From positions 1 through 55,910 of IMG/VR virus record IMGVR_UViG_3300044954_000249: 55,910 nt of DNA. One strand, 5' to 3'. This stretch comes from a virus. Its lineage: Duplodnaviria > Caudoviricetes. Shown here in pieces: positions 18,638 to 28,288 of this stretch (positions are counted from its first letter, which is position 1; each line of letters starts with the position of its first letter). The notes beneath the pieces are model-generated. The model saw nothing but the letters and a program-made list of their open reading frames with translations, searched no databases and was not told the DNA's origin. Made by a program: the position numbers and the translations under genes.

Positions 18638-19777
18638 ATGGACCTGCTTTTCAGAAATTTTCATTTGGAAAATGTTTCTTCCTTCCGCGAAGCGTTAAAA
18701 CTTAAAGGGGAGAGGGTCCTCATCTATTTCCCTCATGGGCTTGGAGACTGGGTTATGTTCAATAACATAATTCAATTCTTAGATAATTCAAATGATTTTT
18801 TTATTACAAAATTGGGGGATGACTATACGAGCATACAAGAGGGATCAATAATAAAACCGGTATATTGTGGCATAAATAACCTACAAAATTTAAATAATAC
18901 AGAAATTAATAATCTGAATTTTAAACATAAGACTAATCTTAGATTAACTGGGGCGTTAGAGTCTTTATGTAAAAAACATAATATAAAATATCTTTATTAT
19001 GAACCTTTTCCAGAAGGGAGAACTTCATGGCCATATAATTCAAAACCCAGAAGCCTAGTCGGAGGATCGTGTGACCAAATTAGTGAAGAAAAAAAGAAAC
19101 TTTTGACATCAGTCCTAAAAAATTCAATTTCAATAGAAGATAATCAATTCATTTCAAATTTCGTTTTTTCTAGATTAAGTTCTTATACAAATTTTACATA
19201 TGGATCTAAATTAGTACTTATCGGTAGACATGGAGCGTCTCAAGCTGGTAAAAACTGGGGACATCTTTTTAGAAACGAAAAATATAAGGAGGAGGGAGAC
19301 GAGGCGCGGGAGTTCATAGATTTGTGTTTGAAGAAAAATAAAGATACCTTTTTTATATCTTTAGAACATAGTGGTCTCAAAGGAAAAGATTCTTTAACAG
19401 ATCACAGTAAAAATACCTATACTTACGACGAGCTTTTCGGTCTCGCGGAAAGCCATAAGTCTTTACCGTTTGCGGTAGTCCTAAAGTCGCTCTGTAATTT
19501 TGCCTCCGTCTTTGTCGGTGTTCCATCCGGTCCGATGGGGGTTGCTTCTCTATATGAAAATTTATTTTCTATCAATCTTTGGATCGGGCTTTTTCCATGT
19601 TGGTATTTTGAACCCAAGAAAAATGAAATAAATTTAATATCTAGTAACGTACAAGTGCAAAAAGACCAAATGACCTTCGATTCAATGGGGGACATAAAAT
19701 ATAATAATCATTATCTTAACGAGCGCTATATAGGCGGACAAACAGTTTTTAATTTTGCGGAGGGGTTATTGTGCTAA
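18638..19777 (+). CDS. GT9 (heptosyltransferase)-like glycosyltransferase
   Basis: PHGLGDWVM and VFVGVPSGPM motifs. Confidence 0.65.
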   Translation: MDLLFRNFHLENVSSFREALKLKGERVLIYFPHGLGDWVMFNNIIQFLDNSNDFFITKLGDDYTSIQEGSIIKPVYCGINNLQNLNNTEINNLNFKHKTNLRLTGALESLCKKHNIKYLYYEPFPEGRTSWPYNSKPRSLVGGSCDQISEEKKKLLTSVLKNSISIEDNQFISNFVFSRLSSYTNFTYGSKLVLIGRHGASQAGKNWGHLFRNEKYKEEGDEAREFIDLCLKKNKDTFFISLEHSGLKGKDSLTDHSKNTYTYDELFGLAESHKSLPFAVVLKSLCNFASVFVGVPSGPMGVASLYENLFSINLWIGLFPCWYFEPKKNEINLISSNVQVQKDQMTFDSMGDIKYNNHYLNERYIGGQTVFNFAEGLLC

Positions 19778-20388
19778 AGAATTATATAAAGCTCGCAAAT
19801 GGATTAATTAAGCAGGAGTATTATGAAAAAATCCAATATGGATATGACTACTCTCAAAAAAGAAACTACGGTATAGATGGAGTTAAAATATCATATCTAA
19901 GATTAGGATTTATTATTGGAGTAATAAAAAAGACCCCATCTGACATATTAGATGTCGGATATGGAAGTGGAGAATTTTTGTCTGCGGCGAAAGTGATTGT
20001 TCCGAATTGTTACGGATTTGATATATCGAGTTACCCTGTTCCTGACGGAGTTGAAAAATTAAATCAAATTTCCAATTTCGATGGAGAAGTGATCACTATG
20101 TTCGATGTGTTAGAGCATTTTGGCGACATCTATGTCATTAAGGATTTCAAGTGCAAATATTTAATTGTCTCTTTACCTAATTGTCATTACTTCTCTGATG
20201 AATGGTTTGAAAATTGGAAACATAGAAGGCCGAATGAACATTTGTGGCATTTCAATGAAAAATCATTAATAAACTTCATGGAAGAGGCGGGCTATAAATT
20301 TATATCTTCATGCAACTTAGAAGATTCCGTGAGGCTTTCTCAAGGTCCATACCCAAACATTTTGACAGCGGCATTTAAGAAAGTCTGA
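19771..20388 (+). CDS. Class I SAM-dependent methyltransferase
   Basis: ILDVGYGSGEFL, FDVLEH, EHLWHF. Confidence 0.88.
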   Translation: MLKNYIKLANGLIKQEYYEKIQYGYDYSQKRNYGIDGVKISYLRLGFIIGVIKKTPSDILDVGYGSGEFLSAAKVIVPNCYGFDISSYPVPDGVEKLNQISNFDGEVITMFDVLEHFGDIYVIKDFKCKYLIVSLPNCHYFSDEWFENWKHRRPNEHLWHFNEKSLINFMEEAGYKFISSCNLEDSVRLSQGPYPNILTAAFKKV

Positions 20389-20389
20389 A

Positions 20390-20839
20390 ATGATAATAGA
20401 AGATTTAAAACTCTGGCGAGGCTCACTTACTGATAAAAGATTAGTAGTTACGAATGGATGCTTCGATATTTTACATGCGGGCCATGTCCATTACTTAAGC
20501 GAAGCAAAGTCTTTTGGAGACTACCTTTTGGTGGGCATAAATTCAGATTCAAGCATTAAGAAATTAAAGGGCAAAAGTCGGCCGATTAACCCACAATCCC
20601 ATCGTGCATATGTATTAGATAATTTAAAATGCGTAGATTTTGTATACGTGTTTAATGAGTTGAGATGCACGGATTTTTTAAAAATCTCTCAGCCCGACAT
20701 ATATGTAAAAGGGGGGGATTATGCCCTTGACACCCTAAATAATGAAGAAAAGCAAATTTTAATAGAAAATAAGTCTGATATCAAATTCATAAAATTTAAA
20801 TTTGACATATCAACTACAAATATACTAAGTAAGATTTGA
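20390..20839 (+). CDS. hldC: Heptose-1-phosphate adenylyltransferase (RfaE domain II / HldC-like)
   Basis: TNGCFDILHAGH, GINSDSSI..LKG..RP, YVKGGDY, STT. Confidence 0.85.
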   Translation: MIIEDLKLWRGSLTDKRLVVTNGCFDILHAGHVHYLSEAKSFGDYLLVGINSDSSIKKLKGKSRPINPQSHRAYVLDNLKCVDFVYVFNELRCTDFLKISQPDIYVKGGDYALDTLNNEEKQILIENKSDIKFIKFKFDISTTNILSKI

Positions 20840-20894
20840 ATTTCCCCCAAATCAAGAATATTAACTCTAACCCCACTGTCAAATAGATACTTAA

Positions 20895-21944
20895 ATGAAA
20901 AAGATTTTAATAACTGGAATACTCGGGCAAGACGGTGCTAATATGGCGGAATTTCTACTTAAAAATACCAGCAATGAAATCTATGGCATGATGCGCCGCT
21001 CATCAAATCCTAATTTCATTAATATTGAAAACTTCAAGAATAACCCCCGATTCAAACTGGTTTTCGGCGATCTTGTGGATGAAGTAAGCTTAAATAATTT
21101 AGTAAAAGAAATCCAGCCTGATTATTTTGTGAATTTCGCCGCCAACTCTTTTGTCGGGATAAGTTGGGACATGCCAATTCAAGTATTCGAAGCGAATACT
21201 TTAGGAGTAATTAGAAGTTTAGAGGCCATCCGCAAGTTTAAACCAGATTGTCGTTTCTATAGCGCAGGAAGCAGCGAGGAGTGGGGAAACGTCGATTATT
21301 CTCCCCAAGACATAAGCCACCCTATCAAGCCAAGAAGCCCATATGGAGCTTCTAAAGCTGCTGCTCGGCATATAGTAAAAGTTTATAGAGAATCTTACAA
21401 TATGTATGCAGTACATGGTATTTTGCTAAATCATGAAGGCGTCAAGCGCGGGCAAGAATTTGTAACGAGAAAAATAAGCAAGGGAGTATCCAGAATTTAT
21501 CATTCTTTGAAAGCCGGTAACTTAAGCTTTGAACCAATTAAGTTAGGCAATGTATTCTCGAAGAGGGATTGGAGTGACAGTGAAGATTTCGTGGAAGGGG
21601 TTTGGCTAATGCTAAATCAGGATAAACCGAAAGACTATGTCCTTTCTTCTGGAGAAACACATAGTATAAAAGAGTTTGTAGAAAGAGCTTTCCATACGGC
21701 TAAAATTATTGGATGTTGGCTTAAAGAAAATGAGCCAGATAAAATGATTTACGCTATGCCAGTACTGGATGATTTAGAGCATGTTCCATTAGTCATTATA
21801 GATCCCAAATTCTATCGTCCGGCAGAAGTAGATTTACTATTAGGAGATTCTACCCCGATAAGGAAAGAGTTAGGGTGGGCCCCGAAAGTTACCTTTAGTG
21901 ATCTAGTCGAAAAAATGGTAAAATATGACATAAATAACCCTTGA
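20895..21944 (+). CDS. gmd: GDP-mannose 4,6-dehydratase
   Basis: ITGILGQDG, SSEEWG, PRSPYGASK, FVTRKI, KRDW, YRPAEVDLLLGD. Confidence 0.93.
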   Translation: MKKILITGILGQDGANMAEFLLKNTSNEIYGMMRRSSNPNFINIENFKNNPRFKLVFGDLVDEVSLNNLVKEIQPDYFVNFAANSFVGISWDMPIQVFEANTLGVIRSLEAIRKFKPDCRFYSAGSSEEWGNVDYSPQDISHPIKPRSPYGASKAAARHIVKVYRESYNMYAVHGILLNHEGVKRGQEFVTRKISKGVSRIYHSLKAGNLSFEPIKLGNVFSKRDWSDSEDFVEGVWLMLNQDKPKDYVLSSGETHSIKEFVERAFHTAKIIGCWLKENEPDKMIYAMPVLDDLEHVPLVIIDPKFYRPAEVDLLLGDSTPIRKELGWAPKVTFSDLVEKMVKYDINNP

Positions 21945-21969
21945 CTTGTTCTAATAATTGAATTATCAT
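21941..21969 (+). promoter_or_regulatory. Sigma70-type promoter, leaderless
   Basis: TTGACT-17nt-TATCAT; ATGs at 21973 and 21976. Confidence 0.7.
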
Positions 21970-21972
21970 CTA

Positions 21973-22314
21973 ATGATGGTAAAAGAGCCCAGCGATCATA
22001 AATTTTGCCTTTTTCTAATTAAAAAGTTCATTTCTTCTCCTAAAATAAATTGGGGGAAAGAGATCAAAATAGCGAAAAATATTTTAAAACGCTATGACGA
22101 CAAACGTTTTTGGTCAGAAATCTCCATAGACTTTAAAATATGTTCGTTGGCATGGTTCCTAACAAATGAAGGAAAATTTTTTGTTTCTGCGCTCCAAAGC
22201 AAATGGACCCTTGCAAATTCTCAGAAAAAGACATACCTTATACAAGAACATAAAATTGGAGAAGACGTTGAAGTAAGTAGGAAGAACAAAACAATTAAAG
22301 ATTTTTTAAAATAA
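21973..22314 (+). CDS. Hypothetical protein
   Basis: ORF directly before recA; start moved to the ATG downstream of the promoter. Confidence 0.7.
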   Translation: MMVKEPSDHKFCLFLIKKFISSPKINWGKEIKIAKNILKRYDDKRFWSEISIDFKICSLAWFLTNEGKFFVSALQSKWTLANSQKKTYLIQEHKIGEDVEVSRKNKTIKDFLK

Positions 22315-22318
22315 AAAT

Positions 22319-23443
22319 ATGGCTAGACCAAAGAAAGATCAAGAAGATACCCCGCAAGGAGTATCTACGGTTTCTCAAATTCAGTCTTATTTAAAGACTA
22401 ATAAGGAAGATCATTATAATTTTGAAGAGCCCCAATTATATACTGTGTCTAGCGGAAGTTTAATTTTGGATATGGAGATGGGCGGCGGGATTAGGCCCGG
22501 CATTCTTAGATTTTCTGGCGTTTCTGAGGGGGGTAAAACTTCAGCGGCCCTTTCTTTTGCTAGAAACTTTCAAAAGAGTATAGATAATTCCTTCGTAATA
22601 TATATTAAATCAGAGGGAAGACTTTCTAAAGAAGTTCTTGAAAGGTCTGGGGTTGATTTATCAGAAAGCAAATGGTTTGAATATAAATCAAATGTATATG
22701 AGTCCGTTATCTCCCTGATGAGACAACTTGTTAAGAGTAACCCAGACGGCAAAAAGTATCTTTTTATTATTGACTCGATGGACGCCCTTGTTCCACGAGC
22801 TGACTTGGAGAGACCATTTGAAGAGGCAAATAAAGTTGCTGGTGGCTCTTTATTAAGTTCTGACTTCTTAAGAAAGATGGCCCTTGGTCTTTCCTCCAAG
22901 GGACACACTTGCATAATGATTAGTCAGGTGAGAAGCGCAGTTACTATTAACCCTTATGCTAAAACTGATCCAAAAATTACAAATGCTTCGGGCGGCAACG
23001 CTCTTCTTCATTATAGCGATTGGATTCTAGAGTTCCAGCAAAGACATAAGGCCGATTTAATTTTCGGAGAATCTTCTGGTCCTAAAATTAATAAAAATAA
23101 AGAAGATATTTTAGGTCATTATTGTAAAATCGTTTTTAGGAAATCTATTAACGAAAAGACAAACAAGGAAGTAAGATATCCTATTAAATATGGTCGTAAA
23201 AACGGCCAAAGTGTATGGGTAGAGCAGGAGATAAAAGATGTATTGTTGATGTGGAATCTGGTTAAAGCGAGCGGCGCTTGGATTACTATCTCTGATGATT
23301 TAATCAAGGAACTCTCTAGTAAAAATATTGAAGTTGAAAAGCAGCATCAGGGGGAGGATAATTTCGTCAACTATCTTGAAAAGAATACCAAAATGACAGA
23401 GTATCTTTTTGATAAGTTCAGAAAGATTTTTGAGAATCAATGA
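22319..23443 (+). CDS. recA: RecA/UvsX-like recombinase
   Basis: SSGSLILD..MGGG, GVSEGGKT (Walker A), FIIDS (Walker B), ISQVR, SGGNAL, KASGAW. Confidence 0.92.
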   Translation: MARPKKDQEDTPQGVSTVSQIQSYLKTNKEDHYNFEEPQLYTVSSGSLILDMEMGGGIRPGILRFSGVSEGGKTSAALSFARNFQKSIDNSFVIYIKSEGRLSKEVLERSGVDLSESKWFEYKSNVYESVISLMRQLVKSNPDGKKYLFIIDSMDALVPRADLERPFEEANKVAGGSLLSSDFLRKMALGLSSKGHTCIMISQVRSAVTINPYAKTDPKITNASGGNALLHYSDWILEFQQRHKADLIFGESSGPKINKNKEDILGHYCKIVFRKSINEKTNKEVRYPIKYGRKNGQSVWVEQEIKDVLLMWNLVKASGAWITISDDLIKELSSKNIEVEKQHQGEDNFVNYLEKNTKMTEYLFDKFRKIFENQ

Positions 23444-23859
23444 GACTCTATAATATAAACGGAAAGCTTTCAAATAAGAATGTCTCAAAATATTTAATAA
23501 ATTGGGATAAAAAATCTAAGTCTTTCCCTCAATTTAAAACTAAGCAATTTTTAAAACCCTATTGGTTTGGACATATCGTTTATGAAGAGTTTCCTGTCTA
23601 TGGCAGCTTATTAAAGGTAGATTTCTTAAATGCTACTAAAAAAATAGCAATAGAAGTAAATGGGCCCCAGCATGACTCTTTCAATCCGTTCTTCCATAAT
23701 AATTCCAGAATGGACTATCTGAAGAGCATAAAAAGAGACTATACTAAAAGCCAATGGCTTGAAAAAAATGAGTTTTTATTGCTGCAAATAAACACTGACG
23801 AGATAAATAAGCTATCAGTCTCTTTCTTTAAAAATACATTTAATGTAGATATTGTGTAA
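23440..23859 (+). CDS. PD-(D/E)xK / DUF559-like endonuclease
   Basis: VDF...IAIEVNGPQH and RDYTK..W motifs. Confidence 0.75.
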   Translation: MRLYNINGKLSNKNVSKYLINWDKKSKSFPQFKTKQFLKPYWFGHIVYEEFPVYGSLLKVDFLNATKKIAIEVNGPQHDSFNPFFHNNSRMDYLKSIKRDYTKSQWLEKNEFLLLQINTDEINKLSVSFFKNTFNVDIV

Positions 23860-23862
23860 ATT

Positions 23863-24144
23863 ATGAACATGAGCAAAAAGAAATTCGTTTTCCCCAAGCA
23901 ATTACTACGTCAGATTAATGAGTGCTCTAATGGGGGTTTTGTCCTTTTCAGACTTAATAATGAAGGAATACCGGAGATATTTAGTAATTTCGATGATTAT
24001 CCTTCCGCTATGGCTTTAAATTACTACATTTCTAATTGGGCTAAAGCGATAGAGGCTTATAACATAGAAAAAACTATTGAGAGCATTTCTCGCAATGAGA
24101 ATAAAGACAAAGACTCTTCGGACAAAGACGACGAAGACCCTTGA
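23863..24144 (+). CDS. Hypothetical protein with acidic tail
   Basis: 93-aa ORF; GTGTAA at 23854-23859 suggests a start at 23869. Confidence 0.7.
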   Translation: MNMSKKKFVFPKQLLRQINECSNGGFVLFRLNNEGIPEIFSNFDDYPSAMALNYYISNWAKAIEAYNIEKTIESISRNENKDKDSSDKDDEDP

Positions 24145-24169
24145 CTTCTATTAAAAAGAGACTTAATAT
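24141..24169 (+). promoter_or_regulatory. Sigma70-type promoter
   Basis: TTGACT-17nt-TAATAT, then 8 nt to the dnaB ATG. Confidence 0.65.
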
Positions 24170-24177
24170 AAGAAAAT

Positions 24178-25662
24178 ATGATTTATTCTCTTCAGGTCGA
24201 GAGGCACGCCCTCAGCGGCCTCTTAAAGTTCCCAGAGATTTTTGTAGAAGTAGACGGCTTCGTGACGGAAACAGATTTTTATAACGAAGTCCACAGTACC
24301 ATCTTCCTCGTAATCAAATCTACCATATACAAAAATGAAAAAGTAGATAGAGTCATCATAGCCTCCAAAATCAAAGACCTTGGAATTTCTTTTAAAGATG
24401 ACATTAATATTTTTGACTATATTGAGACTCTTTACTTAAGTCAAATTAACAAGGAGGCCGTAGTCAAGTCGTTCAAGGAACTAATCAAATACAGGGTCCG
24501 TAGAGAAATAGCTTCCACGGGAAGCAAGCTCATAGAAGAAGTCAAAAACATTGGCGAAAAATCTCTAGAAGAAATTGTTTCGTCTTGTGATTCAATTTAT
24601 AATAAGAAAATTTCCGTTTATTCAAATACGGAAATGCCGGAAAAAATTACCGACGAAATATCCGACCTCATAGAGGAGAGAGGCAATTCGCCCGAATCAG
24701 AATCCGGCTTACTCAGTCCCTATTCAGAATTTAATAGAATGTATGGCGGCTTCAGAGCTGGTCACGTTTATGCTATTGCTTCTCGTCCGGGCGAAGGCAA
24801 AACATCTTGGATCAATGATGTATGTTTTAAGTCTGCTTCTCAGAATAAAGTGAAGGCTTTAATTCTCGACACCGAGATGCAGACTAAAGAAATAAAATTC
24901 AGAATGGCAGCCGCTTTAACTGGCGTTCCAGTGTGGTATCTTGAAACTGGTAATTGGCGTAAAAATCCAGAAATGTTTAAAAAAGTTAGAGAATGTAGCC
25001 TTCTCAAAGAAGATAAAGATTATTATCATTATCACGTAAGTAATAAAAGCATTGATGAGATTTGCTCCATCATTAAGAGATGGTATTACAATAAGGTCGG
25101 TCGCGGTAATCCATGTATTGTCGCTTATGACTATGTTAAGTTAACGGGGGAAAAAGTTTCCGCCAACTGGGCCGAACATCAAGCCATTGGCGAGAAGATC
25201 AATAAGCTGAAAGAAATTTCTGTTGAAGTAAACGCCCCACTAATTACTGCAATGCAGCTAAATAGGTCTGGAGAAAATAGAAATAAAGCTTCATCAAATC
25301 TTATAGATGACGCCTCTGCTATCTCTTTGTCTGACAGATTGCAATGGTACGCGGCTTTCACTGCTATTTTTAGAAGAAAGACTTTAGATGAGATAGAGCT
25401 TGACGGGCAAGACTTTGGTACGCACAAAATGATTCCATTAAAATCCCGCTTTCAAGGCAAAGATGCAATGGGCCACCAAGATTATATAAGGAGAAGATTC
25501 CCTGATGGCTCTGAGAAGTATGTTATGAACTATCTAAATTTTGAAGTAAATAACTTCAACATTATAGAAAAGGGCTCTTTACGACACGTTTGTGAGAGAG
25601 CTAAAGAGATGTATTCACTGAAAGAGAATGGCGGGAAGGAAGACGATGGATCACTCGAATAA
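24178..25662 (+). CDS. dnaB: Replicative DNA helicase
   Basis: ASRPGEGKT, LDTEM, YDYVKL, AMQLNR, KSRFQG; no intein. Confidence 0.93.
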   Translation: MIYSLQVERHALSGLLKFPEIFVEVDGFVTETDFYNEVHSTIFLVIKSTIYKNEKVDRVIIASKIKDLGISFKDDINIFDYIETLYLSQINKEAVVKSFKELIKYRVRREIASTGSKLIEEVKNIGEKSLEEIVSSCDSIYNKKISVYSNTEMPEKITDEISDLIEERGNSPESESGLLSPYSEFNRMYGGFRAGHVYAIASRPGEGKTSWINDVCFKSASQNKVKALILDTEMQTKEIKFRMAAALTGVPVWYLETGNWRKNPEMFKKVRECSLLKEDKDYYHYHVSNKSIDEICSIIKRWYYNKVGRGNPCIVAYDYVKLTGEKVSANWAEHQAIGEKINKLKEISVEVNAPLITAMQLNRSGENRNKASSNLIDDASAISLSDRLQWYAAFTAIFRRKTLDEIELDGQDFGTHKMIPLKSRFQGKDAMGHQDYIRRRFPDGSEKYVMNYLNFEVNNFNIIEKGSLRHVCERAKEMYSLKENGGKEDDGSLE

Positions 25663-26569
25663 TTATAAAGAAATCCTAATAAATTTAGGATATACTAATA
25701 TTACAGAAAACGCTAAGGAATTCCGAACTAAGCCCATCTACAGAGATTCGGATAACGATACGGTACTCCGTGTTAGAAAAGACAACGGATGTTTTGTAGA
25801 TTTCGCTCGAAATATTAGTGGCTCATTTGAGGAGTTAGTTAGACTTTCATTAAATTTGACTAATATTGATGATGCAAAGAAATGGATACTTGGCAAGTAC
25901 CAAAACTTTAATACAGAAAAGAGGCTCGTAAAACCAGAAATTAAAATGGTAAGAACTTTTGATAAAGAAAATCTCTTAAAACTAGTCCACGACCACTCTT
26001 ATTGGATAAATAGGGGGATCTCAGAAGAAACAATCAGGACATTCAAAGGCGGCGTCATTACAAGCGGGAAAATGAAAGACAGATATGTTTTTCCTATCTT
26101 TAATCATAAAGAAGATTTAATAGGCGTTTCTGGCAGAGATTTAATAAATACTAAAGATGGCACCAGACCCAAATGGAAGCATGTAGGTGATAAGACTGAG
26201 TGGAAATTTCCATGCTATATAAATCACTCAGAAATAAAAGAAGAAAAGAAAGTAATTGTAGTTGAAAGCATAGGCGACATGCTTGCGCTATGGGATTGCA
26301 ATATTAAAAATGTAGTCGTATCATTTGGTCTCGATATAAGCGTTCCATTGATAAATATGTTTCTTAGATTTGATTTGTCTAAAATCTATTTGTCTTTTAA
26401 TAACGATTCAGAGAATAACTCCGCTGGGAATATCGCCTCAGAGAAAAATAAAAATAAGTTATTAAGATATTTTGATCAAAACCAAGTTGATATTGTGCTC
26501 CCCAGCAAAAAAGACTTTGGCGAAATGACGAAGGAAGAAATTTATCAATGGAAAACCCAGATAAAGTAA
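25646..26569 (+). CDS. dnaG: DNA primase (TOPRIM)
   Basis: YWINRGI, RYVFPI, GVSGR, PKWKH, VVESIGD, FNND, KDFGEM; the usual N-terminal zinc cysteines are not evident. Confidence 0.85.
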   Translation: MDHSNNYKEILINLGYTNITENAKEFRTKPIYRDSDNDTVLRVRKDNGCFVDFARNISGSFEELVRLSLNLTNIDDAKKWILGKYQNFNTEKRLVKPEIKMVRTFDKENLLKLVHDHSYWINRGISEETIRTFKGGVITSGKMKDRYVFPIFNHKEDLIGVSGRDLINTKDGTRPKWKHVGDKTEWKFPCYINHSEIKEEKKVIVVESIGDMLALWDCNIKNVVVSFGLDISVPLINMFLRFDLSKIYLSFNNDSENNSAGNIASEKNKNKLLRYFDQNQVDIVLPSKKDFGEMTKEEIYQWKTQIK

Positions 26570-27507
26570 AGAGATTTTTATCAGCGTCAAGAATTAAACA
26601 GTTAGAGACCTGTTCTTGGCAGTATTGGGCCAAGTATCATCTTAGTGTGCCAGATAAATCTAACGCTGGTGCCCTCAGAGGAACATGCTGTCATTTAATT
26701 TTCGAGCTCTTACTGAATAAGAGACATAAGCACCATTTTGACAAGATATTATCTAAAAACTCTATTACGGGGAGCCCCGCGATAAATAGACTAGTGATAA
26801 AAAACCTCATAAATGCCGGTATATATGATGAGGAAAATTATCAAATGGTTGATGAGATGATAATCGTTGGGCTTAAAAATGATTTTTATGGCGAGCCGGG
26901 CGCCAAAATAGATGGCCCAGAGCAGGAATTTGAGATAGTAAATGAGAAACCGGAATACAGAATTAAAGGCTTTATTGATAAGCCCATTCAATACCCAAAA
27001 GACAAAACGGTAAGAATAGTTGATTACAAGTCCAGTAAAGCCAAGTTTAAGGGAGACGATTTAACGGCAAACACTCAAGGGATGATGTATTCCTTAGCGG
27101 CACGGAAACTTTGGCCTAAGCAAAAAAGATATATTGTCGATTTTCTTTTCTTAAGGTTCCCGAAGCAGCCCGTCCAGTCGCTAGAGTTCACTAAAGATCA
27201 ATTATTGGGCTTTGAGTTATATCTTGAGCACGTAAATAAGATTGTAGATGAATTTAATGAAGAAAAAGCTAAATCAAATTATGCCGCCGATAAGGAAAAA
27301 AGTAAATGGTTATGTTCGGCTGGCAAATGGGTTTGCCCGGTAAAGAATCCCTTTTCTTACTTTGGTTTATACAACGATAAGAATGAATTAGTAAAAACAT
27401 CTCTTACAAATAATTTTTCCCCGAAAGAAGGAGAGAAAGTAAAAGAAATTCATTACTCTGGATGCCCAAAATTCTCTCAATCTCAGGATAATTTGTTTGA
27501 CTTTTAA
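26548..27507 (+). CDS. PD-(D/E)xK exonuclease, Cas4/AddB-like
   Basis: LSASRI...C, RGTCCH, GFIDK, IVDYKSS, QGMMY and C-terminal Cys cluster. Confidence 0.85.
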   Translation: MENPDKVKRFLSASRIKQLETCSWQYWAKYHLSVPDKSNAGALRGTCCHLIFELLLNKRHKHHFDKILSKNSITGSPAINRLVIKNLINAGIYDEENYQMVDEMIIVGLKNDFYGEPGAKIDGPEQEFEIVNEKPEYRIKGFIDKPIQYPKDKTVRIVDYKSSKAKFKGDDLTANTQGMMYSLAARKLWPKQKRYIVDFLFLRFPKQPVQSLEFTKDQLLGFELYLEHVNKIVDEFNEEKAKSNYAADKEKSKWLCSAGKWVCPVKNPFSYFGLYNDKNELVKTSLTNNFSPKEGEKVKEIHYSGCPKFSQSQDNLFDF

Positions 27508-27525
27508 AAGTAATTATAGTAGATT
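27497..27525 (+). promoter_or_regulatory. Sigma70-type promoter, leaderless
   Basis: TTGACT-17nt-TAGATT, then 6 nt to GTG 27532. Confidence 0.65.
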
Positions 27526-27531
27526 AAGACT

Positions 27532-28287
27532 GTGGTTATTCCGCTATTTAAATCTCACTATTCAATTGGCAGAAGCATTCTTACTCTAGAGAAGGCTGGT
27601 TCCTCGGACGCAGAATCGCCCGCTTCAATTATTGATATTTGTACTGAATCAAAGATTAAGAATCTGTATCTTGTCGAAGATAACATGAGCGGATTTCTTG
27701 AGGCGTACTTAAATTCAAAAAGCTCCGACATTTCTCTCCGCTTCGGCTTGCGGCTAACTGTTTGCCCTAATCATCTGACCCAAGACGAAGACTCACTCTA
27801 TAGGCAAAGTAAATACATCATATTCGCAAATAATAAAGAGGGATATAGGCGATTGATTAAAATTTATAGCTTTTCAGCGAAGAACGGCTTCTATTATGAG
27901 CCAAGAATTGACTTTGATACATTGAAGACTCTATGGGACGATAAAGACTTATCCTTAGCTGTCCCATTCTATGATTCGTTTTTACATAAGAATTCTCTTT
28001 ATGGTTCAATCTGCTTGCCGGATTTTAGTTTTAGTAAGCCTACTTTCTTCGTAGAAGATAACGATTTACCGTTTGATCCAATACTCACTAAACTGGTAAA
28101 TGATTACGCTAACAAAAAATATGAGATCGTAAGGACGAAAAGCATTTTCTATAAAAACAGAAAAGACTTTAAATCGTATCTAACTTTTAAGTGCATTAAC
28201 AAAAGAACGACCTTAGATAAGCCAGAAATAGAGCATATGTGCAGCAACGAATTTTCTTTCGAGGGGTGGAAGGAGCAAAACGTTTAA
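27532..28287 (+). CDS. dnaE: Stand-alone PHP domain of DNA polymerase III alpha
   Basis: KSHYSIGRS, EDNMSG, FANNKEGYRRLIKIYS and GFYYEPRIDF match the DnaE N-terminal PHP domain. Confidence 0.85.
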   Translation: MVIPLFKSHYSIGRSILTLEKAGSSDAESPASIIDICTESKIKNLYLVEDNMSGFLEAYLNSKSSDISLRFGLRLTVCPNHLTQDEDSLYRQSKYIIFANNKEGYRRLIKIYSFSAKNGFYYEPRIDFDTLKTLWDDKDLSLAVPFYDSFLHKNSLYGSICLPDFSFSKPTFFVEDNDLPFDPILTKLVNDYANKKYEIVRTKSIFYKNRKDFKSYLTFKCINKRTTLDKPEIEHMCSNEFSFEGWKEQNV

Positions 28288-28288
28288 T

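Noticed and set aside
22319-25662. Inteins in RecA or DnaB
   Set aside because: Lengths are normal and no intein blocks are visible.
26548-27507. Cas4 as part of a CRISPR-Cas system
   Set aside because: No cas1, cas2 or array; solo Cas4-like nucleases are common in phage replication modules.
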